From NCBI GenBank assembly GCA_016222925.1, contig JACRQB010000087.1, positions 1-45,155 of the forward strand: DNA of 45,155 nt, given 5' to 3'. The first letter of the stretch is position 1, and each line of letters opens with the position of its first letter. Shown here piece after piece: positions 1 through 9,013 of the stretch. The notes below the pieces were generated by a model, which was not told where the DNA came from, did not search any database, and saw only the letters and a list, made by a program, of their open reading frames with translations. This DNA comes from Nitrospirota bacterium (GTDB lineage Bacteria; Nitrospirota; Nitrospiria; Nitrospirales; Nitrospiraceae). A program made the position numbers and the translations under genes.

Positions 1-914
1 GGGGATTCGGTCGATCACCTGCTGAAGAGTTCGGATATCGCGATGTATCATGCCAAGGAACAAGGGTGGAATAACTTTCAGTTCTATTCCGCAACCATGA
101 ATGTGTTGGCTGCGGAGCGGCTTGAGATGGAAAATGAATTGTGGAAGGCGTTGGAACGTCACGAGCTGATCGTGTATTGCCAGCCGCAAGTGGATATCCG
201 AAGCAACCGAATTGTGGGGGCAGAAGCCTTAGTCCGATAGCGGCACCCTCATCGCGGAATGCTGTTGCTCGCCGCATTTCTTCCTGTGGCGATTGAGACA
301 GGGATGATTCGCAAGCTGGATGAAGAAGTGCTGCTTATGGCGTGTCGGCAAAATAAAGTGTGGCAGGATGCGGGGTACGCTCCCATCCGGGTGTCGGTAA
401 ATGTCTCCAATTCATTTTTTCATGGAGCTTCCTTGCCGAACGCAATTGCAAAAGCCTTGCAGGACGTCCAGCTCAACCCGAAATATCTTGAATTGGAATT
501 GACGGAATCAATTACGATGCGACATGTAGATACCTCCATCGCCATGCTGCAGGAGCTCAGAGCCATGGGCGTTCGGTTGTCGATCGATGATTTTGGGACC
601 TGGGTATTCGTTGCTGAGCCATCTGCAGCGATTCCCCTTGGACATGCTCAAGATCGACCAATCGTTTGCCAGAGACGTCACACGGAACTCAGCCAATGCA
701 TCCAATTACTCGCGCAATTATCTCTCTTGCCCACAGTATGAACTTCTGCGCGCTGGCGGAGGGGGTGGAAACAGACGAACAAGTGGACCTGCTTCGTCAA
801 CAAGGGTGCGATCAAGTCCAGGGGTATTTATTTGGTCGGCCAATGCCTGGAGAGAAATTTGTAGAACTGTTCGTGCGAGGCACCTCTCTATGGCACAAGA
901 GACGTGCGGCCTAG
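1..914 (+). pseudogene. GGDEF/EAL c-di-GMP signalling protein, C-terminal part (5' end outside the window), disrupted
   Basis: GGDEF tail (DIAMYHAKEQGWNNFQFY), then EAL motifs ([49 protein letters not shown]) spread over three frames. There is a TAG at 238-240 where Trp is expected (LVR-W-RHP), an extra base near 601 and another near 704. Confidence 0.9.
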
Positions 915-982
915 GGGGTGAGAAGCACAGCGGCGGAATGGCTGCCAATCAGCAATAGAAAGGGCTAGCAACGCACAAGCTT

Positions 983-1345
983 ATGATGAGACCCATGGAA
1001 CAACGAAAGGATGCTCGGTTTCCCGTTCAATTTCGGAGTTCATTCAGCTCAGCCAATCTCGTCTCAGGCGAAGGCTCGCTGAGGGATTTGTCCATTCGAG
1101 GCTGCCGTGTATTCAGTTCCATCGAAGTGAAGCCAGGGACGGCTCTTCTGTTACGGGTCCAGGCTTTCACTGACCAATCTCCTATCCAGATTTCCCAGGC
1201 CATTGTCCGGTGGTGTCGAGCCAGCAGCTTCGGCTGTGAATTTGTGAGCCTCAGCCCTGATGAATGGGCCAGGCTCCACTATCTGATTAAGGATTTGGAA
1301 AAAGAACCCTTCGAACGACAGCAAGAAGACACCGAAGCCGTATGA
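983..1345 (+). CDS. PilZ-domain (c-di-GMP receptor) protein
   Basis: RxxxR (QRKDAR) and D/NxSxxG (DLSIRG) motifs in a 120-aa single-domain protein, next to the EAL gene. Confidence 0.88.
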   Translation: MMRPMEQRKDARFPVQFRSSFSSANLVSGEGSLRDLSIRGCRVFSSIEVKPGTALLLRVQAFTDQSPIQISQAIVRWCRASSFGCEFVSLSPDEWARLHYLIKDLEKEPFERQQEDTEAV

Positions 1346-1465
1346 CCTTCCGATTCCGCCTCCGCCGTTAGTCAACCAACCAGATGCGGGTAAAAGAAAC
1401 TCGAGAGATGCTCGTAGGCTTCCGATCTCTGACGGGAACTTGTCGGAAAGACCGGATCGACGCCG

Positions 1466-1481
1466 TGTGACATCTATCGCA
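1466..1481. promoter_or_regulatory. CRP/FNR-family-like binding site
   Basis: TGTGA-catcta-TCGCA, a 9/10 match to the TGTGA-N6-TCACA consensus, in intergenic DNA. Confidence 0.35.
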
Positions 1482-1639
1482 GCTTGCTAGCCAGTTTTGA
1501 TGGAACGCCGATGCTTTCATTCGGCGATTCATTAATCGGAAATGAAAAAGAATCCGGGATCCTATGTATTACAGCCTCTTGTTATCCACTGAAAGGTGAT
1601 TCTTGCCATGATGATGTGTGATTCTTATCGGATGAGCCG

Positions 1640-2458
1640 AGGTGTCCCGGCTCACGCACGATCTCGCCGAAGCGCGCCCAGGAGACCGCACGGCTGGAAG
1701 GGGCGATCAAGGCCACGCATGTGCGCACCCGCAAGACCTATGGACCGGAGCGCCTCCAGGCTTGTATGTCGACGGGTTCCCATCCGAGGTTGGGCGCATC
1801 AAGCGGCCAGGCTAAAACTGGGCCTGCGCTGTCAGTCGGTGCGTCGGTTCACGACGACCACAGATTCGACGCATCGACCGCCCGTGGCGGACAATCTCCT
1901 GGCCCAGATGTTCACCGTGACGCGCCCGAATGAGATGTGGGGCACCGACATCACATCTATCGCCATGGTGGAAGGAGGGGGGTAATTGGTGGGGATCAAA
2001 GATCTGTCTACGTGTGAGGTGGTCGGACCTGCGATGGGAACTCGGATGACGACGGACTTGGTGAGTCACGTCTTGGTGAAAGCAGTGTGCGCGAAACGCC
2101 CGGGCTTGATCCACCACGCCGATCGCGGGTCCCAATATTGTACCCAGCCTATCAAACGCAGTTGCGGTGGTTCGGCCTGACCCCGTCCATGAGTCGGAAG
2201 GGCCCCTGCGATGACAACGCGCCGAAGGAGGGCTTCCGGGGAACACTCAAGAATGAGCTGGTACAACATCGGTGTGATGAAACGCGGGAGCAGGCCCGGC
2301 AGGAGATCACGGAGTACATCGAGATCTGTTATGCCCGTCAGCGTCGGCATTCCCGACATGGGAATTGCTCGCCCGCCGTATTTGCCCAGCAGTAGGCCTG
2401 TGAACAGTCGGCGGCCTGAGGTTGCGGTCAAGGCGTCCACTCTTGGCGACCGAGGTCA
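1640..2458 (+). mobile_element. Degenerate IS3-family element remnant (orfB/integrase-core transposase pseudogene)
   Basis: Fragments TYGPERL, TTDSTH..PVADNLL, WGTDIT, IHHADRGSQY, SMSRKG.C.DNAP.E.F..LKNE and Y...RRHS..G..SP in several frames, with a TAA at 1983-1985. An IS3-like right end ...GCGTCCACTCTTGGCGACCGAGGTCA ends at 2458. No orfA or left IR was found. Confidence 0.88.
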
Positions 2459-2557
2459 TTCACAGCGAGACCGGTTTGCTTGGTCAGCAACTATTGGTTA
2501 TTACCTGTCTCGGCAGCGATGCTCATTCCTTGCCTGTCATTGATTCTACACCGACCA

Positions 2558-3973
2558 CTATGCGGCTTTTTCCATTCGACCTTTCGCCACTTGGCCCAGG
2601 ATATCGAGTGCCGCGATACGGTAGGCCTCGGCATAGGTCGGAAAGTTAAAGATATTGTCGATAAACGATTCGACTGTTGCGGAGCCCTGAAGAGCTAATT
2701 GCCCCAGGTGGACCAGTTCCGTGGCGGAATCCCCAACAACCTGTACCCCGAGTAGCCGCTCGCCCTCAGGATCAGCCACCATCTTAAGGAGGCCGTAGCC
2801 GGCTCCCGATATCTGTGCACGCGCGATTTCCTCAAACTTCGCCCGTCCGATCAACGGGTCTTTGTATCGCTCACGTGCGCTCTTCTCATCAAGGCCGATA
2901 CTGGCCATTTCAGGAATCGTATAGATGCCAAGCGGAATCGTTGACGCTGCATCACCGATTGGGAGGTCCAGGGCGTGACGGACCGCACGTCGACCCTGTT
3001 CCATGGCTTTGGATGCGAGCGCGGGACCGCTGGCCATATCGCCGACTGCGTAAATGTGATCAATGTTGGTCTGACAATATTGATTGATGGGAATCAGTCC
3101 CTTATCCGACACCGTGATATCAGCTGCAGAGAGCGCTAAATCTTCAATGTTGGCTTGTCGCCCAAGGGCGACGAGCATTTTCTCACTCTTGATCACGGTG
3201 CCATCCTGCAAGGTTGTGACCACATGTGCGACATTGTCCCACCGCACGTCTGCAATCTGGCACCCACCCAAGTAGCGACCTCCGTGATGCTCAAGACCTT
3301 GCACAAACTGTTCAACCAGTTCTCGATCCATGAACTGGAGCGGATAGGGGGCACGGTCGATCAGAGTGACCTCGACTCCAAGCAGGGCGAAGATGGATGC
3401 ATACTCGCAACCGATGACCCCACCACCGATGACCATCAGCGATTGCGGTAGGTACATCATGGAGAGGAGTGAGTCGCTGTCGAGGATATGTTCATGGTCG
3501 ACGGGAATCTCTTTTGGATTTCTGGGGCGTGATCCTGTGGCGACAACGATGGTCTTGGCCGTGAGTTGTTGACGCGCGCCATCGACGGTTTGCATTTCGA
3601 CGAGATGTTCATTGAGAAAGTGTGCACGGCCATGCAGCAGGGAGATGCCGTTGCGTCGAAGTTGCCGGCTCATGAAGGAATCATGGGCCTGAACGACCTG
3701 TTCGAGTCGGCTCATGAGGGTGGCAATGTGCGTACCTGGTTTAAGGTTGAATTGGAACGCTTCACCGGCCCGCTTGAGTCGATCGAGATGGAGGGCGCTT
3801 TCTCGTAAGGTTTTACTCGGAATGGTTCCACGATAGACGCAGCTGCCTCCAATCCCGCGTTCCCGTTCAATGAGGGCAACCCGTTTACCGGCCTTGGCGC
3901 CCTGGACCGCCGCTTTTTGTCCCGCTGGGCCTGCTCCGATCACAATGATGTCATACGTGCTTGGTGTGCTCAT
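2558..3973 (-). CDS. sthA: Soluble pyridine nucleotide transhydrogenase (SthA/UdhA)
   Basis: GAGPAG FAD motif, GGSCVYRGTIPSKTLRE (single Cys, CxxxGT form), GGGVIGCEYAS, C-terminal FNFPTYAEAY. Confidence 0.9.
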   Translation of the reverse strand: MSTPSTYDIIVIGAGPAGQKAAVQGAKAGKRVALIERERGIGGSCVYRGTIPSKTLRESALHLDRLKRAGEAFQFNLKPGTHIATLMSRLEQVVQAHDSFMSRQLRRNGISLLHGRAHFLNEHLVEMQTVDGARQQLTAKTIVVATGSRPRNPKEIPVDHEHILDSDSLLSMMYLPQSLMVIGGGVIGCEYASIFALLGVEVTLIDRAPYPLQFMDRELVEQFVQGLEHHGGRYLGGCQIADVRWDNVAHVVTTLQDGTVIKSEKMLVALGRQANIEDLALSAADITVSDKGLIPINQYCQTNIDHIYAVGDMASGPALASKAMEQGRRAVRHALDLPIGDAASTIPLGIYTIPEMASIGLDEKSARERYKDPLIGRAKFEEIARAQISGAGYGLLKMVADPEGERLLGVQVVGDSATELVHLGQLALQGSATVESFIDNIFNFPTYAEAYRIAALDILGQVAKGRMEKAA

Positions 3974-4833
3974 AGGTTCATCGCATTCACAATGGTTATC
4001 ACCTGGTCTTTTGTCAGCAGGAGTGTATCGATGTCTTGAGGGTACAGGTTGAGTTCTGCAAAAACGGAATGATCGCGAAGGGTGTCCTCCGGCATTTCGT
4101 CAGGTGTCAGAAGATGACTGGCTAATCGATCGGCCACACAGGTCAGCAGGCACTCCTGCCTGAATTCTGTCGCATGGTCGTAGTCTCCGTAGTATTGGAT
4201 GGCCACTGCGACTTGTTTCGGGAGACCCCATTTATCGGCGATCAGGGCCCCCACTTCGGTGTGATAGCCGGCTATCCATCCAGCCAAGACGGGTTTCTCA
4301 AGAGCGATGCGCTGTTGACTCGCGAGTGTCGTCGCAGTCCGCAAGACGACGGGTTTTCCGATGGCGTGCAAGAGACCGCAGAGGTAGGCACTTTCGACGT
4401 TGACTCGCCTCATGCGCGCGACTTCCTTGGCGAAGGCTCCGCTTGCCAAGGAGTGGCGCCACAGTTGTTTTACATCGTCTTCGTATCCTGGTACTTTGAA
4501 GGCGCCGGTTTTCAGGGATGCGGTAAAGGCGATTTCGGACAGCAAGGTAATGCCCAACATGGCCACAGCGTGCTGGAGCGAAACAACTGGACTCCGGGGC
4601 ATGTAGGCCGGCGAGTTGGCAATCCGGAGGACGTGTGCGGCGAGCGCTTGGTCTTGATGAATCAACGCTGAGAGCTTGGCCGCATCGGCAGACGGATCCG
4701 ATGCCAGGGCCATCACCTGGCTGGCGGCCTGCGGCAATAACGGAAGTTCGACATCACCGGCTTTGATTTTCTGAACCAAGGCCTGTTCGAGCTGCTCAAG
4801 TTGACTCGCGGCCGGCTGGGTTTCAGAAGGCAT
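3970..4833 (-). CDS. HDOD-domain signalling protein
   Basis: LPLLP..A..V, DQALAAHVLRIANSP, A..MLG, LWRHSL, GLLHAIGK, H.EVG....W.LP. ATG at 4833 follows a GAGGAG SD. The stop overlaps the sthA start (ATGA). Confidence 0.88.
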   Translation of the reverse strand: MPSETQPAASQLEQLEQALVQKIKAGDVELPLLPQAASQVMALASDPSADAAKLSALIHQDQALAAHVLRIANSPAYMPRSPVVSLQHAVAMLGITLLSEIAFTASLKTGAFKVPGYEDDVKQLWRHSLASGAFAKEVARMRRVNVESAYLCGLLHAIGKPVVLRTATTLASQQRIALEKPVLAGWIAGYHTEVGALIADKWGLPKQVAVAIQYYGDYDHATEFRQECLLTCVADRLASHLLTPDEMPEDTLRDHSVFAELNLYPQDIDTLLLTKDQVITIVNAMNL

Positions 4834-4876
4834 AGAGGGGCTCCTCAATGAGGACTATTTACCGATGACCGTCCCT

Positions 4877-4905
4877 TTGTCGGTTGCTTCCAGAGGAAAG
4901 TTGAG
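4877..4905 (-). promoter_or_regulatory. Putative sigma28 (FliA)-type promoter for HDOD-sthA
   Basis: Minus strand CTCAA-N16-ACCGACAA. Same geometry as the site upstream of the HD-GYP gene. Confidence 0.5.
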
Positions 4906-4962
4906 TGGTGGTGACTTGGAAATGGTCGCCGACTAGACATTTGTCTATTTCGAGAGGGGATA

Positions 4963-5400
4963 ATGTATCAATATTCATTCATGATGGGGGTGCTATGGGT
5001 GGCAATGGCCGGATTAGTCGTCCCGCAGGACGTCGCCGCTGAGTCAAAGGCTGGGACCGAGAAGATCGTCAAAGAGGCCCGCGAGACGATCGAGGCGACC
5101 AAGGAGTATACCGTTCAGCAAAAGGAGGCGATTGAGCGGAAAGCGCATGACGAGTTGGCGGCGCTTCAACGGCAAATCGTCGAACTGCGTGGGAAGGTGA
5201 CAAAAGCGTCTGAAGCGACACGAGCTGAGTTACAGAAGTCACTGAATGAGCTAGAGAAGAAGAAAGATGGTGCCAAAGAGCGGTTGGACGAATTGAAGGG
5301 CGCCACGGATGCCAAATGGCATGAAGTGCAGGAGGGGATGACGACGGCTCTGAACGAACTCAAGCAGTCATATCAGAAACTGCTGTCCCATCTCCCATAA
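4963..5400 (+). CDS. Exported helical/coiled-coil hypothetical protein
   Basis: Hydrophobic signal peptide ending VAA, then an E/K/A-rich amphipathic helical body. GAGGGG SD upstream. Confidence 0.75.
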   Translation: MYQYSFMMGVLWVAMAGLVVPQDVAAESKAGTEKIVKEARETIEATKEYTVQQKEAIERKAHDELAALQRQIVELRGKVTKASEATRAELQKSLNELEKKKDGAKERLDELKGATDAKWHEVQEGMTTALNELKQSYQKLLSHLP

Positions 5401-5435
5401 ATAGCGTTGACGTGTTCAATCATGGAGTCTTGAGG

Positions 5436-5756
5436 ATGAAGGTGATTACACTCGCCGACTATCAACAGTTCAGCAGTGACAAGATGAAGAAGAATAACCT
5501 GTTTCAAACGGAGCGGTTCTTCTGTGACATCTATGGCTTAGAGCCTGGTCAGGAGCAAAAAGGACATGTTCATGGCCATCAGGATAAGGTGTATATCGTG
5601 CTCGAGGGGCAAGGGACGTTTCAGGTCGGCACCGAGCAGCAAGTACTCGAAGCGGGGCAGGGCACGATGGCTTCAGCTGGGCAAGCGCACGGTGTGAAGA
5701 ATCATACAAGCGGGCGTCTTAGCGTACTGGTCTTTGTCGCACCGAATCCATCTTGA
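5436..5756 (+). CDS. Cupin-2 domain protein
   Basis: HVH...DKVYIVLEGQG and HGVKN cupin motifs. ATG at 5436 after a GGAG SD. Confidence 0.85.
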   Translation: MKVITLADYQQFSSDKMKKNNLFQTERFFCDIYGLEPGQEQKGHVHGHQDKVYIVLEGQGTFQVGTEQQVLEAGQGTMASAGQAHGVKNHTSGRLSVLVFVAPNPS

Positions 5757-5780
5757 TAGATCCAGGGGATTGTTGTTTGC

Positions 5781-5833
5781 CCGACAGACGAAGGGGAGAA
5801 GCGGTCTCCCGCGTTCTCCCCTTCGTCTGTCGG
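5781..5833. terminator. Long hairpin between convergent genes (bidirectional terminator or REP-like)
   Basis: Perfect 20-bp inverted repeat CCGACAGACGAAGGGGAGAA / TTCTCCCCTTCGTCTGTCGG, plus an inner GCGG/CCGC stem. Confidence 0.75.
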
Positions 5834-5848
5834 ATCAGAATCGGATGA

Positions 5849-6160
5849 TTATGGCTCGTAGTCCGAATGCTCAGACGGCTTCCCGTCGTGCGAGTACATG
5901 TGCTGATAGGCGATGACCTGCCAAATCTGCTGTTCTGACAACAGTCTCTTCCAGGCCTTTATCTTCGGTTTCGAGACCCCTTCCGATACACACCAGAACC
6001 AATAGCTGTCCGAGTACCGCGTCGTATTCTTCGGGTCCCGGAGGTCGCGTGCACCCTTCTTGACCGGCTTGCCGTTCTTGCGGTGGCAACTGGCACAGGT
6101 GATGTCTGTATTGAACTCACCGCGATAAATCTTGGTCGCTTGTTCTGGAAGACCGGTTAC
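5849..6160 (-). pseudogene. Monoheme class I cytochrome c fragment lacking N-terminus and start codon (not in the ORF track)
   Basis: Open frame ...ATKIYRGEFNTDIT-CASCH-RKNGKPVKKGARDLRD...YSDSYWFWCVSEGVSKPKIKAWKRLLSEQQIWQVIAYQH...EP*. CxxCH at 6083-6097. No ATG/GTG/TTG between the CxxCH and the upstream in-frame stop at 6161-6163. Confidence 0.75.
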
Positions 6161-7950
6161 TTAATGATCTGCTTAGTTGCCTCGACAATGGATCGCACGC
6201 CGATCCCGTAGTGATCCACGAGCTCTTCGGGTTTTCCGCTGTGGGGGATCTCTCGAACCGCAAGCTTATGCACGGCGATGCCTTCGGTGCTCACCGCGCT
6301 GAGGACCGCATCACCAAGGCCTCCGTGGGCATAGTGATCTTCTACCGTCAGGATTCGGTGTTGAGTCGCGCGTCCACTCTCCACCAAGGTTGTCCGGTCG
6401 ATGGGCGCGATACTATAGAGATCGATCACACGGACGGCGATCCCAGCCGCTTTAAGCTGGTCATGGGCTTTCAAAGCTTCAAACAGCGTGACGCCTGCGG
6501 CCACAATAGTGAGGACATCTGATGTGCTCTCCCGGATGATTTTGCTGCCGCCGATGTGGAATCGTTCATCCTGTCCATAAATTACCGGGGTCTTCGGTCT
6601 TCCCGCACGGACATAGACCATCCCTTTGTGCTGCGCGGCGGCTTCGAGCAAGCGATAGGTCGAGTTGCCATCCGAGGGATAGAGCACGGTCACGCCGACA
6701 TGCGTGCCGACGAGTTTGATATTTGAGCCGCTGATGGCGGCCATGCGAATGAAATCGTACGCACGGCTTAAAAAGCAGGCAAAGGTGGCGGCAAAAGGGA
6801 TCTTGCCGCACGCAGCCAGACCGGCAGCGGCTCCGACCATGTTCTGTTCTGCAATGAAATTCTCGAAAAACCGATTGGGGAATTTCTTGCCGAACTTGTC
6901 CGTATAGGTCGAGTTTTTGACGTCGGCATCCAACGCAACGATCAGGGGGTTGACCGATCCTAAGGCTTCCAGTGCTGCACCAAAGGCCTCACGGGTGGCG
7001 ACAGAATCGCCGATCTTGTAAGGCGGTGGCGGGATCGTGCCGATGGTGACGGGAGCGGCGCTTGGAGCGGAAGGCGTGTGGATCTGAACGGCGGCACCGT
7101 TCGGGCTCAATTGTTTGGTGAGCTCGTCGATCGCCTTCTGCATCTCGTCGCCTTTCTTGAGCGGCTTACCGTGCCAGTCTGCTTTGTCTTCAATGAACGA
7201 AATGCCCTTGCCCTTGTATGTTTGGGCGAGTAACACGGTGGGCCGTCCTTTGGTGCGAGCGGCCTCATCGAAGGCCTTGAGGAGCGCTGAGAGATCATGG
7301 CCATTGACGACAATCGCATGCCAACCGAATCCGGCCCAGCGGGAACGGTAGGCGTCCATATCGTGTTGCAACATCGTGGGATCGCTCTGGCCAAGCCGAT
7401 TGATATCGACAATGGCGCAGAGATTATCTAACCCGTGCTGCCGTCCGACCTCGGCTGCTTCCCACACCGAGCCTTCGACCGATTCACCGTCGCCCATCAA
7501 CACATAGGTGCGGTGATCCAGCTTGTCGACGAACTTGGCATTCAATGCAATACCGACCCCAACCGAAAGTCCTTGCCCCAGTGAGCCGGTGGCCATATCA
7601 ACAAATGGTAAGCGAGGAGTGGGATGTCCTTCAAGGTCAGACGTTAAGGTGCGTAACTTTAAGAGATCGCTTGTCGGAAAGAGCCCGGCTTCAGCCCACG
7701 CGGCATAGAGTAATGGAGCCGCATGTCCTTTTGAGAGGATGAAGCGATCGCTGTTGAGTGCTTTCGGATTTTGAGGATCGTAGCGCATGACGGAGAAAAA
7801 CAAGGCAGCGACGATATCGGCAGCTGACGCACAGCTCGAAGGGTGGCCGCTGCCAGCCTCACTGGTGGCCCGCACACTGTTGATGCGGAGTTGGGTTGCC
7901 TTGTTGTGTAAGGCGTTGAGTAATTCAGGCAAAGCAGCTAAACCGGCCAT
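6157..7950 (-). CDS. tkt: Transketolase, with an apparent internal in-frame deletion near 6693
   Basis: SGHPSS, DRFILSKGHAAP, LEGHPTP, TGSLGQG, GDGE..EGSVWEA, FIAEQNMVG. ATG at 7950. The SIGEDGPSQ motif expected after GTHVGV is missing. Confidence 0.92.
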   Translation of the reverse strand: MAGLAALPELLNALHNKATQLRINSVRATSEAGSGHPSSCASAADIVAALFFSVMRYDPQNPKALNSDRFILSKGHAAPLLYAAWAEAGLFPTSDLLKLRTLTSDLEGHPTPRLPFVDMATGSLGQGLSVGVGIALNAKFVDKLDHRTYVLMGDGESVEGSVWEAAEVGRQHGLDNLCAIVDINRLGQSDPTMLQHDMDAYRSRWAGFGWHAIVVNGHDLSALLKAFDEAARTKGRPTVLLAQTYKGKGISFIEDKADWHGKPLKKGDEMQKAIDELTKQLSPNGAAVQIHTPSAPSAAPVTIGTIPPPPYKIGDSVATREAFGAALEALGSVNPLIVALDADVKNSTYTDKFGKKFPNRFFENFIAEQNMVGAAAGLAACGKIPFAATFACFLSRAYDFIRMAAISGSNIKLVGTHVGVTVLYPSDGNSTYRLLEAAAQHKGMVYVRAGRPKTPVIYGQDERFHIGGSKIIRESTSDVLTIVAAGVTLFEALKAHDQLKAAGIAVRVIDLYSIAPIDRTTLVESGRATQHRILTVEDHYAHGGLGDAVLSAVSTEGIAVHKLAVREIPHSGKPEELVDHYGIGVRSIVEATKQIIK

Positions 7951-8065
7951 GGACGATCCTTTCAGGATAGAGATCACAACGCGCGTAGGTGTTGGTTGTA
8001 CGCTTCTGCAGAAGTCGCTAGGGCGTGAGGCTAACAAATCAGCGAGTAGAGGTCAATGAAGAGAT

Positions 8066-8095
8066 GCGCTCCCCTGGCAAGATCCAGGGGAGCGC
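8066..8095 (-). terminator. Hairpin terminator downstream of the Fn3 lipoprotein gene
   Basis: GCGCTCCCCTGG-caagat-CCAGGGGAGCGC, a perfect 12-bp stem. Confidence 0.65.
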
Positions 8096-8126
8096 TGAAG
8101 TAGTGATGACTCAGTGAGCGGTGTGT

Positions 8127-8741
8127 TTAGCCTTGGGCTGGGGATGAGATCATGAGGACCTCATTTGAGCAGGGACTTTCTGCTTCGCTGTCTTCGCCTC
8201 CAAAGGCACTGATGGCAAAGAAATAGGGCGTATTAGGCTCGAGCCCGGTAATAATGGCTGGTGGAGCCTCGACGGATTGGCTTGCCTCATAGGAACAGGA
8301 GCCTGGTTCTCCGGAAGATTCCTTCCCGTAATAGACACGGTAACCGGTTACTGTGGGATCAGGGTTTACAGCCCAGGTCAACCGCGCGGTGGCCTCAGTT
8401 GGAGTGACGGGTAGGTCTTCTCCCTCAGGGCCTGCCACAAGAAGTTCAGGATCTGTCTCTGCAACCTCACTCGGGAAGGGTTCGATTTCTGTAGGTGCCG
8501 TAGAAATCGTCGGATCGTCTTGTTCATTTGCTGCGGTCTCAGTAGCAGTAGTGTCGGCCTCTGCGTTCTCACTCGGATGAGTGTTCGTTGGTGTAGAGAG
8601 AGAGGAAATGCTCGGTCCACCCTGTCCACTGTCGCTACACCCGGCAAGTGGGAGGACGATGGTGCTCAAAACTAACAAGGAGACCAATGCGATTGTGAGA
8701 TTCCGGAGAACCGGAATGATCGAACGTTTCGGTCTTAACAT
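8127..8741 (-). CDS. Lipoprotein with acidic linker and C-terminal fibronectin type III domain
   Basis: Lipobox LAGC, T/E/P-rich linker, Fn3 signature LTW..N....VTGYRVYYG...GLEPNTPYFFAISAF. Confidence 0.82.
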   Translation of the reverse strand: MLRPKRSIIPVLRNLTIALVSLLVLSTIVLPLAGCSDSGQGGPSISSLSTPTNTHPSENAEADTTATETAANEQDDPTISTAPTEIEPFPSEVAETDPELLVAGPEGEDLPVTPTEATARLTWAVNPDPTVTGYRVYYGKESSGEPGSCSYEASQSVEAPPAIITGLEPNTPYFFAISAFGGEDSEAESPCSNEVLMISSPAQG

Positions 8742-8832
8742 AATATGAAATACTCCTCACTCATGAAGTGCGATGCGGCCAGCTGGCTTCAGTCAACTAG
8801 CAAGTCCACTAGGAACAATGTCCTGCGCATTA

Positions 8833-8849
8833 AGCAACTGTTGTGCCCA
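8833..8849 (-). promoter_or_regulatory. sigma54 (-24/-12) promoter
   Basis: Minus strand TGGGCACAACAGTTGCT: GG-N10-GC with GGCAC and TTGC. Confidence 0.7.
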
Positions 8850-8875
8850 TGTGAATGCTCAGGCAAGCTATTACT

Positions 8876-8888
8876 AATCAACAAGTTA
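8876..8888. promoter_or_regulatory. IHF binding site
   Basis: AATCAACAAGTTA is an exact match to WATCAANNNNTTR. It lies in an AT-rich tract just upstream of the sigma54 site. Confidence 0.65.
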
Positions 8889-9013
8889 TATATTTTTTCG
8901 AACAAGAGAAACTGCTAGGTGTGAATGGTTCAACCTTCAAGTACCTACAACGCTCATAGCCAGGTAGGTTTTTCCAGTCACCGACTACTGTGACAAAAGA
9001 CTAACGGGAGATA

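Noticed and set aside
238-240. Pyrrolysine or stop-codon reassignment at the in-frame TAG
   Set aside because: The same gene also has two frameshifts, and TAG terminates other genes in the window normally
5871-6089. 72-aa minus-strand ORF in the track
   Set aside because: The CxxCH-bearing frame over the same DNA is much better supported
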